Of a stretch of DNA of 64,000 bases, positions 1-9,018 are shown piece after piece. How positions within the stretch are numbered: position 1 is the stretch's first letter; every line of letters begins with the position of its first letter. Below the pieces are notes generated by a model. That model ran no database searches. It saw only the letters and a program-made list of their open reading frames with translations, and had not been told where the DNA came from. Both the position numbers and the translations under genes were made by a program. Where the stretch lies: positions 1 to 64,000 of the forward strand of contig JAYKHS010000005.1 of NCBI GenBank assembly GCA_035285865.1. Reading direction: 5' to 3'. The DNA is from Candidatus Sericytochromatia bacterium (GTDB lineage: Bacteria; Cyanobacteriota; Sericytochromatia; S15B-MN24; VGJW01).

Positions 1-2
1 AT

Positions 3-686
3 CATGAGCCCGAGGTTGTGTTCGCGTCGCCCCCGCCGCCTGCGCCTGAGCCCGAGGTGGTGTTCGCGCCTCCCCCCGCGCCGGAGCCCGAGGTGGTGTT
101 CGCGCCTCCCCCCCCGCCCGCGCCGGAGCCCGAGGTGGTGTTTGCGCCTCCCCCTCCGCCCGCGCCTGAGCCCGAGGTGGTGTTCGCGCCTCCCCCTCCG
201 CCCGCGCCGGAACCCGAGGTTGTGTTTGCACCTCCCCCTCCGCCGCCGCCACCTGCTATCCCGGCTCCCGTCGTCATCGATGCCGAACCAGTTCCTCCGG
301 AACCCGTGCCCGCTGCGCCGGTTGCCTCGGTGGTGCCTTCAACTGCGGTCCGGTCGGCAGCGGCGATGTTCTCGGCCTCCGATCTCGGCTTTCCTGCGCT
401 CGATCTGGCTACGCCTGAGGCGCGCGAGGCGGCGGCCCGGGAGGTCGGCCAGGTCGCCTCGAGCCTGGCCTCAGGCGTCGAGGGGATGCGTGCCCACCTG
501 GATGGGCTCTATGCCCAGCTGGCCGCCGCTGCATCGGGTCGTGCCCCCGTGGCCGAGATCATGGCCCTTGGTTCGGCCCTGAACGACGCGAAACAGCAGG
601 TGGGTGTCGCGTCGCCCCTGTACCAGCAGGCGCTCATGCTCAAGGCCATGGGCGAGGCCTACATGAGGTTGCTCGAGGAGCTCTAG
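3..686 (+). CDS. Pro-rich repeat protein, 5'-truncated, with a C-terminal helical domain
   Basis: Frame is open from the window edge; six EPEVVFA(S)P(n)A units followed by an amphipathic helical C-terminus; TAG ends at 686. Confidence 0.8.
   Translation, partial: HEPEVVFASPPPPAPEPEVVFAPPPAPEPEVVFAPPPPPAPEPEVVFAPPPPPAPEPEVVFAPPPPPAPEPEVVFAPPPPPPPPAIPAPVVIDAEPVPPEPVPAAPVASVVPSTAVRSAAAMFSASDLGFPALDLATPEAREAAAREVGQVASSLASGVEGMRAHLDGLYAQLAAAASGRAPVAEIMALGSALNDAKQQVGVASPLYQQALMLKAMGEAYMRLLEEL
6..257 (+). repeat. Coding tandem repeat, ~36-42 bp unit x6 (EPEVVFAPPPPPAP)
   Basis: gagcccgaggtggtgttcgcgcctcccc-like units with synonymous variation and variable Pro count. Confidence 0.9.
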
Positions 687-713
687 GCTTGTTGCCTCTC
701 CGGCGGCAGGGCT

Positions 714-1316
714 TCAGGCCTTGTCCTTGGGGGGGCGGCGGCGGCCTTGCCGTACACGCCCGCCGCGGGCGTCCTTGGGCTGCACCTTGCGGCTCAGGTC
801 CACACCCGTGGCCTTGGCGACCATCGTGGCGTAGGAACGCCGCTCCATCTGCTCCGGACCCAGTCCCAGGCTTCTGGCTATGGCGGCCATCTTTGTCGAG
901 TCGGCTCCCTTGCTTTCCAACTCGAGGAAGTCGGGGCGCTCCAGCGAAGCGATGCGATCGAGGCAGATAATATGGTCGGTCCGCTCGAACTCGAGGCGTT
1001 CCTTGCGCACCTCGAGGCGGAAGCCGTGGCCCAGCCACTGGATGAGGTCTTCCAAGACGGATTCCATTCCTGCGGGAAGACCGAGTTCGACTTCGTGGCG
1101 CGACTTGTAGCCCTGAGCGTCGATGGTGGTGGGATCCTTGCGCGTCAGAAGCCACGCGCCATTTTCATTGCGCAGGCGCAGCACGCGTCCGGGCACCTCG
1201 AAGTAGCGGTCGATCTGGTCGAGTCGCCGGGTCGGAATGCCCAGCATCTCGACGAGTCGCTCCCGGTCGCCGGGTCGCAGGCGGTACTTCGCCTCGATCT
1301 CGGCTCCATCCTTCAT
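714..1316 (-). CDS. CYTH domain protein (class IV adenylate cyclase / triphosphate tunnel family)
   Basis: N-terminal EIEAK (ExExK), DRYF, LRLR, RHEVE, KER, CLD, FLELE. Confidence 0.85.
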   Translation of the reverse strand: MKDGAEIEAKYRLRPGDRERLVEMLGIPTRRLDQIDRYFEVPGRVLRLRNENGAWLLTRKDPTTIDAQGYKSRHEVELGLPAGMESVLEDLIQWLGHGFRLEVRKERLEFERTDHIICLDRIASLERPDFLELESKGADSTKMAAIARSLGLGPEQMERRSYATMVAKATGVDLSRKVQPKDARGGRVRQGRRRPPKDKA

Positions 1317-1371
1317 GGGTTCAGTCTAATGCGTCACTTCCCGGACCGTCCAGTTATGGGAGCATGGCCAC

Positions 1372-3324
1372 ATGACTGGCTTGCCCGCGCCGCGCGGTGT
1401 CGAGGGAGACCTCGGCATCCTTGCCGATCTGGCCTCGGGCCTCAGGGATATCCTGCCGGAAGATGTTGCCGCGGATGGTCGCCACGAGGAGGCGGCCATC
1501 TTCCTGGTGGCCTGTGCGCTCGACGGCGTGCTCCGGGATGGTGCCGGCGGGCGTTTGCGAGGGTTGGTACGCGGCATCCGGGAGGCCTCCATGTTGACGG
1601 CCCCCCTGCTGACGGATGAGGTTTCCCGGCGTCGTCAGGCCATCGCGGCCGAACGCATGGATGGCAGAGTGGCGCGCGTCCTCGCACCGGGGTCCTGGAC
1701 GCCAGAGCGTGCCGATGTGCTGGGCCACCTCCTCGAGGCAGGGTTGGGGGGTACGCGCAAGGCGCTTGGTCAGTTTTATACGCCCGACATGATCATCCAC
1801 TGGCTGCTCGACCATGGCCTCGCCGACTTCGATCCGCGGCAGCGTGCGCCTTTCCGGATTCTCGACCCTTCTTGCGGGGCCGGGCATTTCTTGGTGGCAG
1901 CCGCCGAGCGCTTGATGGAACGCTATCAGATGCACCGGCAGGAGCTTGTGCAGGCCAATCCCGGTGAGCCTTGGGATGACGAGGCGTTGGTCGGCATCAT
2001 CTTCCGAGACCACCTGATGGGCGTGGACATCGACCCGTGGGCGCTCAGGGTGGCCCGTATCCGACTCGGCCTCAAGGCCCTGGCCTTGGGGGCCCGACAC
2101 GCTCCTCTGCCGCGCCTGGGTCACGGGGATGCCTTGCGTCGAGACGAGGCACGACGCCACCGCATGCTGGTCGATGCCGTTCACCTTGTCATCGGCAATC
2201 CTCCCTACGGAGCAGCATTGGAGGAGGAGCAGAAGAGCTACGTTTCCTCGGCTTATCAACTCGGGCGGGGACGTTACGATTCGACGGCGCTCTTCATCGA
2301 GCGCTCCGTCGATCTGCTGGCTCCGGGCGGACGCGTGGCTCTGGTGGTGCCGCATGGTGTCACCCGTACCGGTGCTTATGCCCCTTGTCGGGATTTGCTG
2401 CGCAGCCGCACGGATTTGCTCGCACTGCTGGACGCAGGTGCCGTCTTCCCTGGCGTCAATCTCGAGACGATGGCCTTCGTGGCGCGCACACGCCCGGCAT
2501 CCGAGTGCGAGGGTGCTCCGTCTGTCGTTCTCGCGTCGATGCGGGGTGGTGCCCTGCGGGAACTCGGGACTCAGGAAGCTGCCTTCTTCGCCGATCGCAG
2601 GGGGCTGCCCATCTATGTAGCGGGTACACGAGGTCCGCTCGTCAGCCGCATCGAGGGTGCGGCGAGACCGCTGGCGTCGCTGGCGCGCATCCAGCGGGGA
2701 GCAGCCATCTCCGCTCGGGATCCCCGCCTGGTCCTTGCCGCAGAAGGCCTGCCCGTGGTGCGGGGCCGGGATCTCTCTCGCTATGGTGCTGTCGATCCGC
2801 AGGCCCTGCTTGCGTGGACCGAGCACCACCCCTTGTCCGGACGGACGTGGGAAGGCCTCTCGAAACCGACGCTGGCTTTCCAGAACGTGGCTTCCGACGT
2901 GGTCGCGACGATGCTGCCGCCCGGCGTCCTGCCGCTGGATACGGTGAATATCCTGGCTTGGGACGACGAGGCGCCTGACGGCGAGGAGGGGTGGGCCCTG
3001 CTTGGCTGGCTCAACTCCCGTCTTTCATCCTGGCTGTTCCGGACCCTGCTGTCGAACCACGCCGCGCTCACGGTCCACATGGATACGCCCACCCTCGGAC
3101 CCTTGCCTGTCCTCTTGCAGGACCCGGCGAACGTGGCGCGTCAGGCCCGCGTGCTCTTCGCGGCTCGCAAGGATGGTGCCAATCCCGAACAACTGCAGGA
3201 GTTGGCCCGGCAACTCGACAGGATCGTGTTGCGCCAGGCAGGCTTGTCGCCCGAGGAGATGGCGCTCGTGCTCAACGAGACGCGGCCCATCGTCTGGACG
3301 GGGCGGCGTCGCAAGGGGAGCTGA
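1372..3324 (+). CDS. N6-adenine DNA methyltransferase, gamma class (Eco57I/TaqI-like) with C-terminal TRD
   Basis: GQFYTP, ILDPSCGAGHF (motif I), GVDIDP, IGNPPY (motif IV); TaqI_C-like C-terminus (LGWLNSRL). Confidence 0.9.
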   Translation: MTGLPAPRGVEGDLGILADLASGLRDILPEDVAADGRHEEAAIFLVACALDGVLRDGAGGRLRGLVRGIREASMLTAPLLTDEVSRRRQAIAAERMDGRVARVLAPGSWTPERADVLGHLLEAGLGGTRKALGQFYTPDMIIHWLLDHGLADFDPRQRAPFRILDPSCGAGHFLVAAAERLMERYQMHRQELVQANPGEPWDDEALVGIIFRDHLMGVDIDPWALRVARIRLGLKALALGARHAPLPRLGHGDALRRDEARRHRMLVDAVHLVIGNPPYGAALEEEQKSYVSSAYQLGRGRYDSTALFIERSVDLLAPGGRVALVVPHGVTRTGAYAPCRDLLRSRTDLLALLDAGAVFPGVNLETMAFVARTRPASECEGAPSVVLASMRGGALRELGTQEAAFFADRRGLPIYVAGTRGPLVSRIEGAARPLASLARIQRGAAISARDPRLVLAAEGLPVVRGRDLSRYGAVDPQALLAWTEHHPLSGRTWEGLSKPTLAFQNVASDVVATMLPPGVLPLDTVNILAWDDEAPDGEEGWALLGWLNSRLSSWLFRTLLSNHAALTVHMDTPTLGPLPVLLQDPANVARQARVLFAARKDGANPEQLQELARQLDRIVLRQAGLSPEEMALVLNETRPIVWTGRRRKGS

Positions 3325-3325
3325 C

Positions 3326-3715
3326 ATGACGGTGCAGGGCCTGCTGCGGATCGCAGCACTTCTGGGCGCCACGGGTGTCATGGCCGGGGCCTTCGGGGCG
3401 CACGCGATCAAGGGACATGTTCCTGCCGCACGCCTCGAGACCTGGGCCACGGCGGCCCACTACCAACAGGTCCACGCCGTGGCCTTGTTGGTGCTTGCGG
3501 TGTGGTCCGCGGTTCGCGGTCGGGTGATGGCTCCCCGCGCCGCCTGGGCCCTGTTCGCAGGCACGGCCGTATTCTCGGGGTCGCTTTATGCCCTTGTCCT
3601 GACGGACATCCGATGGCTGGGGGCCATCACGCCCGTGGGCGGTCTGCTGCTGATCCTGGGCTGGTTTGCCTTGGCCACGCTGGAGCGCAAAGGTTCCGAC
3701 GGTTCGGTCAGCTGA
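3326..3715 (+). CDS. DUF423 family membrane protein
   Basis: GAFGAH, TAAHYQQVH, FSGSLY, GAITPVGG; ATG 1 nt after the MTase stop. Confidence 0.9.
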   Translation: MTVQGLLRIAALLGATGVMAGAFGAHAIKGHVPAARLETWATAAHYQQVHAVALLVLAVWSAVRGRVMAPRAAWALFAGTAVFSGSLYALVLTDIRWLGAITPVGGLLLILGWFALATLERKGSDGSVS

Positions 3716-4493
3716 ACCACCCCGCGACCTTGGCGACAAGGCTCTTGCCACCGTTGACGGCATTGCGGAAGCGGTCTCGGACGGCATCGATGCCGTTGAA
3801 CAGATTCGAGAGCCCCCGGGACACGAGGAGGCCGGGGGCTGCCCCGTCGGTCCGTCCCGGTGGCAATTGCGTCCCGCGGGGACCGACGGCGATGAAGAGG
3901 TTGTCGAGGCCGGTCGGCAGGTTTGCCAGCTTAAGGTCGTCCCACACCTTCTGGAAGTCCTCTGCGGCCATCCGGCGCGGGCCGCGCGCCGGGTCCTGGA
4001 TCAGCAGCGTGACCTTGCCCGTGGCCGGATCCTTTTCGTAGCCGTTCACGACGACCCAGTGCAGGTTCATGTCGCTGGTCTTGCCGGGTTCGATCAGGAC
4101 CTGGCAGGGTATCCCCTTGTCCAGGAAGCCCATCAGTTCCTCGACCGTTCCCTTGTTGTAGAGCTCGGCGGGGAAGCCCTTGGATCGGGCGTAATCCCGC
4201 AGCGCCGTCGGGGCCGTGAAGAGATCCAGCCTGCGGATCTTCTCGTCGATCTGCTTGCGATCCGTCAGGTGGCCAAGGCCGCTCAGGATCATGGCCAGCG
4301 AAGTCGTGCCGCAAGCGTTGCTGGCACCCTGGCGGTGGTCCGGCAGGGGGACGTGCGCTGCGTTCCTGACGACCCTGTCGCCTTCTGGCGAAGCCTGACG
4401 GGTGGCCGCGGCCGATGGCGCCGGCTGCGGCTGTCCGACCGGCCCCGTGCGCGCCGCACTGCTTGCGTTGCCGACTCTGCCCGTGGTGCTCAT
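3708..4493 (-). CDS. C39-like cysteine peptidase with a disordered N-terminus
   Basis: Q-x4-ACGTTSLAM (Cys), HWVVVNGY (His), IQDPA (Asp); start chosen at MSTTG behind GGAG. Confidence 0.8.
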   Translation of the reverse strand: MSTTGRVGNASSAARTGPVGQPQPAPSAAATRQASPEGDRVVRNAAHVPLPDHRQGASNACGTTSLAMILSGLGHLTDRKQIDEKIRRLDLFTAPTALRDYARSKGFPAELYNKGTVEELMGFLDKGIPCQVLIEPGKTSDMNLHWVVVNGYEKDPATGKVTLLIQDPARGPRRMAAEDFQKVWDDLKLANLPTGLDNLFIAVGPRGTQLPPGRTDGAAPGLLVSRGLSNLFNGIDAVRDRFRNAVNGGKSLVAKVAGWFS

Positions 4494-4548
4494 GGACGCA
4501 TTGCTCCCTGCCCTCCAGATACCCGCAAGGGCTGGCTGCGGAACGTCC

Positions 4549-6516
4549 TCAGCTTTCGGCAAGCCCCGTGGCACGACTTTCGGACTCGTGGGCCAATTTC
4601 TGGACCGCTTCCTCCAGAGCCATCACCATCTGCTTGCCTGCGCGGGTGCGCAGCGCCACCGTTCCGGCCTCGGCCTCGCGCTTGCCCACCACCAGCATGT
4701 AAGGGGTCTTGAGGCGCTGGGCCTCCTTGATGCGGTTGTTCAGATGTTCTGAGGCGTCCTGGTAGCCGACCCGCAAGCCCGCTGCCTCGAGGCGCGCGGC
4801 GACGTCGCGGGCATAGTCCTCGACCTCGGCATTCAGGGGGAACACCTCGGCCTGCACCGGCGCGAGCCAGAGTGGAAAAGCGCCAGAGTAGTGCTCGACC
4901 AGGCATCCGAAGAACCGCTCGATCGAGCCCAGCAGGGCGCGATGAAGCATGACGGGCCGATGTTCCTTGCCGTCCGACCCCTTGTAGGTCAGGTCAAAGC
5001 GCTCGGGCAGGTTGAAGTCGACCTGTACGGTCGAGCACTGCCATTGGCGACCGAGCGAGTCCTCGAGCTTGAGATCGATCTTGGGACCATAGAAGGCCCC
5101 GCCACCCTCGTCGACCTCGTAGGGCAGGCCATGCTTCTCGAGCGCCGCGCGAAGAGCCGTCGTCGCCTCGTCCCACAGGGCCGTTTCGCCGACGTACTTC
5201 TCCGGGCGCGTGGCGAGGTAGGCCTGGAAGCGGGTGAACCCGAAGGTCCGCAGCATCTCCAGCACGAAGGTGACGACCCGTTCGAGCTCCTCACCCAGTT
5301 GGTCCACCCGACAGAACAGGTGCGCATCGTCCTGCGTGAATCCGCGGACGCGCAACAGGCCATGAAGGACGCCTGAACGCTCGTAGCGATAGACCGTGCC
5401 CAACTCTGCCCAGCGCAGCGGCAGATCCCGGTAGGATCGCCCCCGACCCTTGTACATCGTGACGTGGAAAGGGCAGTTCATGGGCTTGGCCAGATACTCT
5501 TGGCCTTCGACGTCCATGCCGCTGAACATGTTGTCCTTGTAATGGGACGTGTGGCCGGATCGGTCCCAGAGCGTCACCTTGGCAATGTGGGGACTGTAGA
5601 CCAGGTCATAGCCGCCATCGTAGTGGGCCTGCCGCCAGAAGGTCTCCATCTCGTGGCGGACCCGGGATCCCCGCGGGTGCCAGAGGATCAGGCCCGGGCC
5701 GATGTCGTCGTAGATGCCGAAGAGATCCAGCTCGCGACCCAGTTTGCGATGATCGCGCTTCTGGGCTTCCTCGAGCTTGTTCAGGTGGTCGTCCAGGTCG
5801 GCCTGCCGGAAGAATGCCGTACCGTAGATGCGTTGGAGCATCTTGTTCTTCTCGTTGCCTCGCCAGTAGGCCCCGGCTACCGAAAGTAGCTTGAAGTGCT
5901 TGAGAAAGCCGGTATCCGGGACATGCGGGCCTTCGCACAGATCCGTGAAGGCCCCTTGGCTGTAGAAGCTGACGACACTGTCGGATTCGGCCAGAATGCC
6001 TTCCAGGATTTCGGCCTTGTAGACTTCGCCTTCGGCGCGGAAACGCTCGACCGCCTGTTCGGCTTCCGGGCGGGGCATCTCGGATCGCAGGATAGGCTCG
6101 GCCGCGGCGGCGTGGCGGCGCATCGTCTCCTCGATGCGCACCAGATCTTCCGGAGTGAAGGGCTCGCCTCTGTCGAAGTCATAATAGAAGCCGTCCGCGA
6201 TGACCGGCCCGATGGCAACTTTGGTGCCCGGCCACAGCTCCGTCACGGCCTCGGCCATCAGGTGGGCCATCGAGTGACGCAGGAAGTGCAGGGCGTCGCT
6301 GTCATCCGTCGTGACGATGGTGACGCTGCAGGGACCCAGCAGGGACGTGGCGAGATCACGCAACGTCCCGTCGATGCGCGCACCTACGGCCTTCTTGGCG
6401 AGGCCCCGGGAGATCGAGGCGGCGAGGTCCATGCACGTCGCGCCACGGGGCACCTCGCGGACGCTGCCATCCGGCATCGTCACGGGAATCGCCGGTACCT
6501 GGCTGGCAAGGGTCAT
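4549..6516 (-). CDS. thrS: Threonine--tRNA ligase
   Basis: TGS domain, RHSMAH, DLCEGPH, GAYWRG, RDHRKLG, KPMNCPFH, RVRGFTQDDAH, FYGPKID, HRALLGSIERF. Confidence 0.99.
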   Translation of the reverse strand: MTLASQVPAIPVTMPDGSVREVPRGATCMDLAASISRGLAKKAVGARIDGTLRDLATSLLGPCSVTIVTTDDSDALHFLRHSMAHLMAEAVTELWPGTKVAIGPVIADGFYYDFDRGEPFTPEDLVRIEETMRRHAAAAEPILRSEMPRPEAEQAVERFRAEGEVYKAEILEGILAESDSVVSFYSQGAFTDLCEGPHVPDTGFLKHFKLLSVAGAYWRGNEKNKMLQRIYGTAFFRQADLDDHLNKLEEAQKRDHRKLGRELDLFGIYDDIGPGLILWHPRGSRVRHEMETFWRQAHYDGGYDLVYSPHIAKVTLWDRSGHTSHYKDNMFSGMDVEGQEYLAKPMNCPFHVTMYKGRGRSYRDLPLRWAELGTVYRYERSGVLHGLLRVRGFTQDDAHLFCRVDQLGEELERVVTFVLEMLRTFGFTRFQAYLATRPEKYVGETALWDEATTALRAALEKHGLPYEVDEGGGAFYGPKIDLKLEDSLGRQWQCSTVQVDFNLPERFDLTYKGSDGKEHRPVMLHRALLGSIERFFGCLVEHYSGAFPLWLAPVQAEVFPLNAEVEDYARDVAARLEAAGLRVGYQDASEHLNNRIKEAQRLKTPYMLVVGKREAEAGTVALRTRAGKQMVMALEEAVQKLAHESESRATGLAES

Positions 6517-6589
6517 GGAACAGTCCTCCGGAGCGCTCCATGATAGCGCGCCGGACCCAAGGCCTTGCAGCCCTTCGGGTGGTGTTTCC

Positions 6590-8896
6590 CTAACGAGAGG
6601 CAGTCTTGATTCTCAGCAGCGAGGACTGCCCCGCCTCATTGCTGTGGTTTTGCCTGAGGACGGCCTGCACGGCATACGTCGTGCCCTTCTTGAGGCCGGA
6701 TAGGGTCACGCTGTGTGCCGTGCCGCTGTTGGCCGAGTAGCTGTACGTGAAGGTCCTGGGCTTGGTGCCCGGACCGTACTTCATTCCGCCGAAGCCGACG
6801 TCTGGGCTGGTGAAGTTGAGGGTTATGGACGAGGTCGTGACCGTGGCCGAGGTGACGGTGAGCGCCATCGGCTTGGTGGTCAAGGGGAATACCGCCGACT
6901 TCTTCGTGGTGTTCGTGACACCCTCCGTGGCTTCCACCTGGGCGTAATAGGTCCTGTTCGGCAGCAGGTTGCTCAGCATGAAGGTCCCGGTGTCATCCGC
7001 CAGAGCCTCTGTCGTTGCGTCACCCGGCACGGTCGTTGTCCACGCCGTGGGCCCGTAGGTCACGGAGACCCCCGTGATGTTGCCGACGTTGCGCGTCAGG
7101 CTGGCTTGCAGCGAGGTATCGCTCGCTTGGGCGACTGCAAGCTGCAAGATGATGGGTTGGGTCCTGAACGTGGTCACCTCAGAGACGGTCTGTTGTGCAG
7201 CGGTATCTTCCGCCTCGAGTTGATAGGCGTAGGTGGTGTCGGGCCGCAGGCCTGTCATGACGGCTTGGCCGCTGGTGGTGTAGGGGTTGTCGTGATACCA
7301 GGCACCGGCATTGGGTGCGATGCCACCGGGCACCAATCGGGCACCACCCTGCTGGGTCCAGAGGCGGACCTTGACGATTTCGTTGGCCGAAAACGGCAGC
7401 GTCGCGGCATTGGCCGTGACGATCGGTTTGCCGAGCGAGACGGCGGCAGGCTTGTCGATTGGTGTGACGTTGCTCAGGATCTGCTGCACGGCCGTACCCA
7501 GGTCGAGGCGAGGCACGGAAGCCGTCGTTCCGTAGAAGCGCGGCAGGACCTGACCGGTGGTGAGCAGCAGTTCAGACACCTGGGCAGGGCGCAGGGTAAC
7601 GCCTTGGATGGCTGCGGCACGGAGCACGACGGCTGCGGCTCCTGCGACATGGGGACAGGCCATGCTGGTGCCTTGCATCGATCCATAGGCGTGCGTGGGG
7701 ACCGTGCTCTGGATGCTGGTCCCCGGCGCGGCGATCAGGCACCACGGCCCGAAGTTCGAGAACGATGCCCTGGTATCCGTGGGTGTCGAGGCCATGACCG
7801 AAAGCACCCCGGGATAGGCTGCAGGGTAGCTTTTGGCGGACGTGTTCGCGTTGCCGGCAGCAGCAACCACCATCACGCCGTTGGTCAGGGCATGGTCGAC
7901 GGCGGCCCGTTCGGCTTCTGAATAAGATGTTGACCCAAGGCTCATGTTGAGGACCTTGGCTCCGCGGCTGACGGCCTGCATGATGCCGCTCGACACCCAG
8001 GTCGAGTAGCCTTGGCCCTGGTTTCCGAGGACCTTGATGTCCAGGATGTTGGCCTCCGGGGCGATTCCTGCGATGCCCAGGGCGTTGTCGCGCACGGCGG
8101 CAATCGTGCCGGAGACGTGGGTGCCGTGAGGGTGGACGCCTCCGGGGGCGTCGGTGGTGCGGTTGTCGTTCGGGTCACGGGCAATCATGTTGGCCGCCAG
8201 ATCCTGGTGGTCGATCTGAACCCCCGTGTCCAGGACGGCCACGGGCACGGGGCTTCCCGGATTGCCGCCCCCGCCGATTGCGGCCTCGATCAGGTCGTGG
8301 GCCAGATCCGCCCGAACCTTGGGCCAGGCCCACATGCTTCCGTACATCGGGTCGCCGGGTACGGCCGCCGTCTTGCGGACGGATTCCTCTTCGACATTGG
8401 CGAGGTCGGGCAAGGCCAGCGTCGTCGCGAGCAGCGTCTGCAGGGCAGACGGTGTGACCGGCGCGGCCACGACGGCGTTGAGCAACGGCTGGGTGGCGAT
8501 GATGCGCCAGCCGGGCAGGGCAGGCATGGCCTTTCCGCGTCGGGCCTGAATCAGGAAACGGCGCTCCCCCGTGTTCTGCACCGTGCGCCCCAGTTCGGGG
8601 TGCTGACTGCGATTCCGCAGCCATGTGGCCATCGCGGAGCCTGCCAGTTGGTTCTGGCTGGCGAGTGCGTCGAATCCGGCACGCAGCGCCTCCGGAACGG
8701 CCAGCGTATCTTCGCCGATCTCAGCCAATCGTCCCTCCACCGTGCCTACCGGGATGGCCGACAGATCGTTCGTGTCCTCCCCGAGGAGCGAGACACTGCC
8801 GAGGTCTTCGGGGGGCTGGGGCAGGATCGTGGCCGGAGCGCTGCAGGCCACGGTCGCGGCAAGGGGCAGGACGGCAAGCGGGAGACGATGCTTCAT
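6590..8896 (-). CDS. S8 subtilase lipoprotein with C-terminal FN3-like domains
   Basis: Lipobox TVAC; catalytic VLDTGV, HGTHVSG, GTSMACPHVAG; three FN3-like repeats (GLRPDTTY, NLLPNRTY, GLKKGTTY). Confidence 0.92.
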   Translation of the reverse strand: MKHRLPLAVLPLAATVACSAPATILPQPPEDLGSVSLLGEDTNDLSAIPVGTVEGRLAEIGEDTLAVPEALRAGFDALASQNQLAGSAMATWLRNRSQHPELGRTVQNTGERRFLIQARRGKAMPALPGWRIIATQPLLNAVVAAPVTPSALQTLLATTLALPDLANVEEESVRKTAAVPGDPMYGSMWAWPKVRADLAHDLIEAAIGGGGNPGSPVPVAVLDTGVQIDHQDLAANMIARDPNDNRTTDAPGGVHPHGTHVSGTIAAVRDNALGIAGIAPEANILDIKVLGNQGQGYSTWVSSGIMQAVSRGAKVLNMSLGSTSYSEAERAAVDHALTNGVMVVAAAGNANTSAKSYPAAYPGVLSVMASTPTDTRASFSNFGPWCLIAAPGTSIQSTVPTHAYGSMQGTSMACPHVAGAAAVVLRAAAIQGVTLRPAQVSELLLTTGQVLPRFYGTTASVPRLDLGTAVQQILSNVTPIDKPAAVSLGKPIVTANAATLPFSANEIVKVRLWTQQGGARLVPGGIAPNAGAWYHDNPYTTSGQAVMTGLRPDTTYAYQLEAEDTAAQQTVSEVTTFRTQPIILQLAVAQASDTSLQASLTRNVGNITGVSVTYGPTAWTTTVPGDATTEALADDTGTFMLSNLLPNRTYYAQVEATEGVTNTTKKSAVFPLTTKPMALTVTSATVTTSSITLNFTSPDVGFGGMKYGPGTKPRTFTYSYSANSGTAHSVTLSGLKKGTTYAVQAVLRQNHSNEAGQSSLLRIKTASR

Positions 8897-9018
8897 GACG
8901 GTTGCATTCCCGCCACGGCCGGCAAGTTGGCTGCTTATGTCGGCCCCCTTGAGGGATTGCAGGAATTCTTCACGAACGAGGGGGCGCGTGGCCTTCCGGG
9001 TACGAAGATGGGCAGCCC

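Noticed and set aside
6..257. Repeat array as CRISPR
   Set aside because: In-frame coding repeats with synonymous variation, no unique spacers and no cas genes
4553..4581. Sigma28-like GAAAG...GCCGAAAG before the C39 gene, and GCCGACAT before the S8 gene
   Set aside because: The first is one nt off the spacing and lies within thrS coding sequence; the second has no -35 match
6517..6589. T-box leader for thrS
   Set aside because: The gap is only 73 bp and has no T-box consensus
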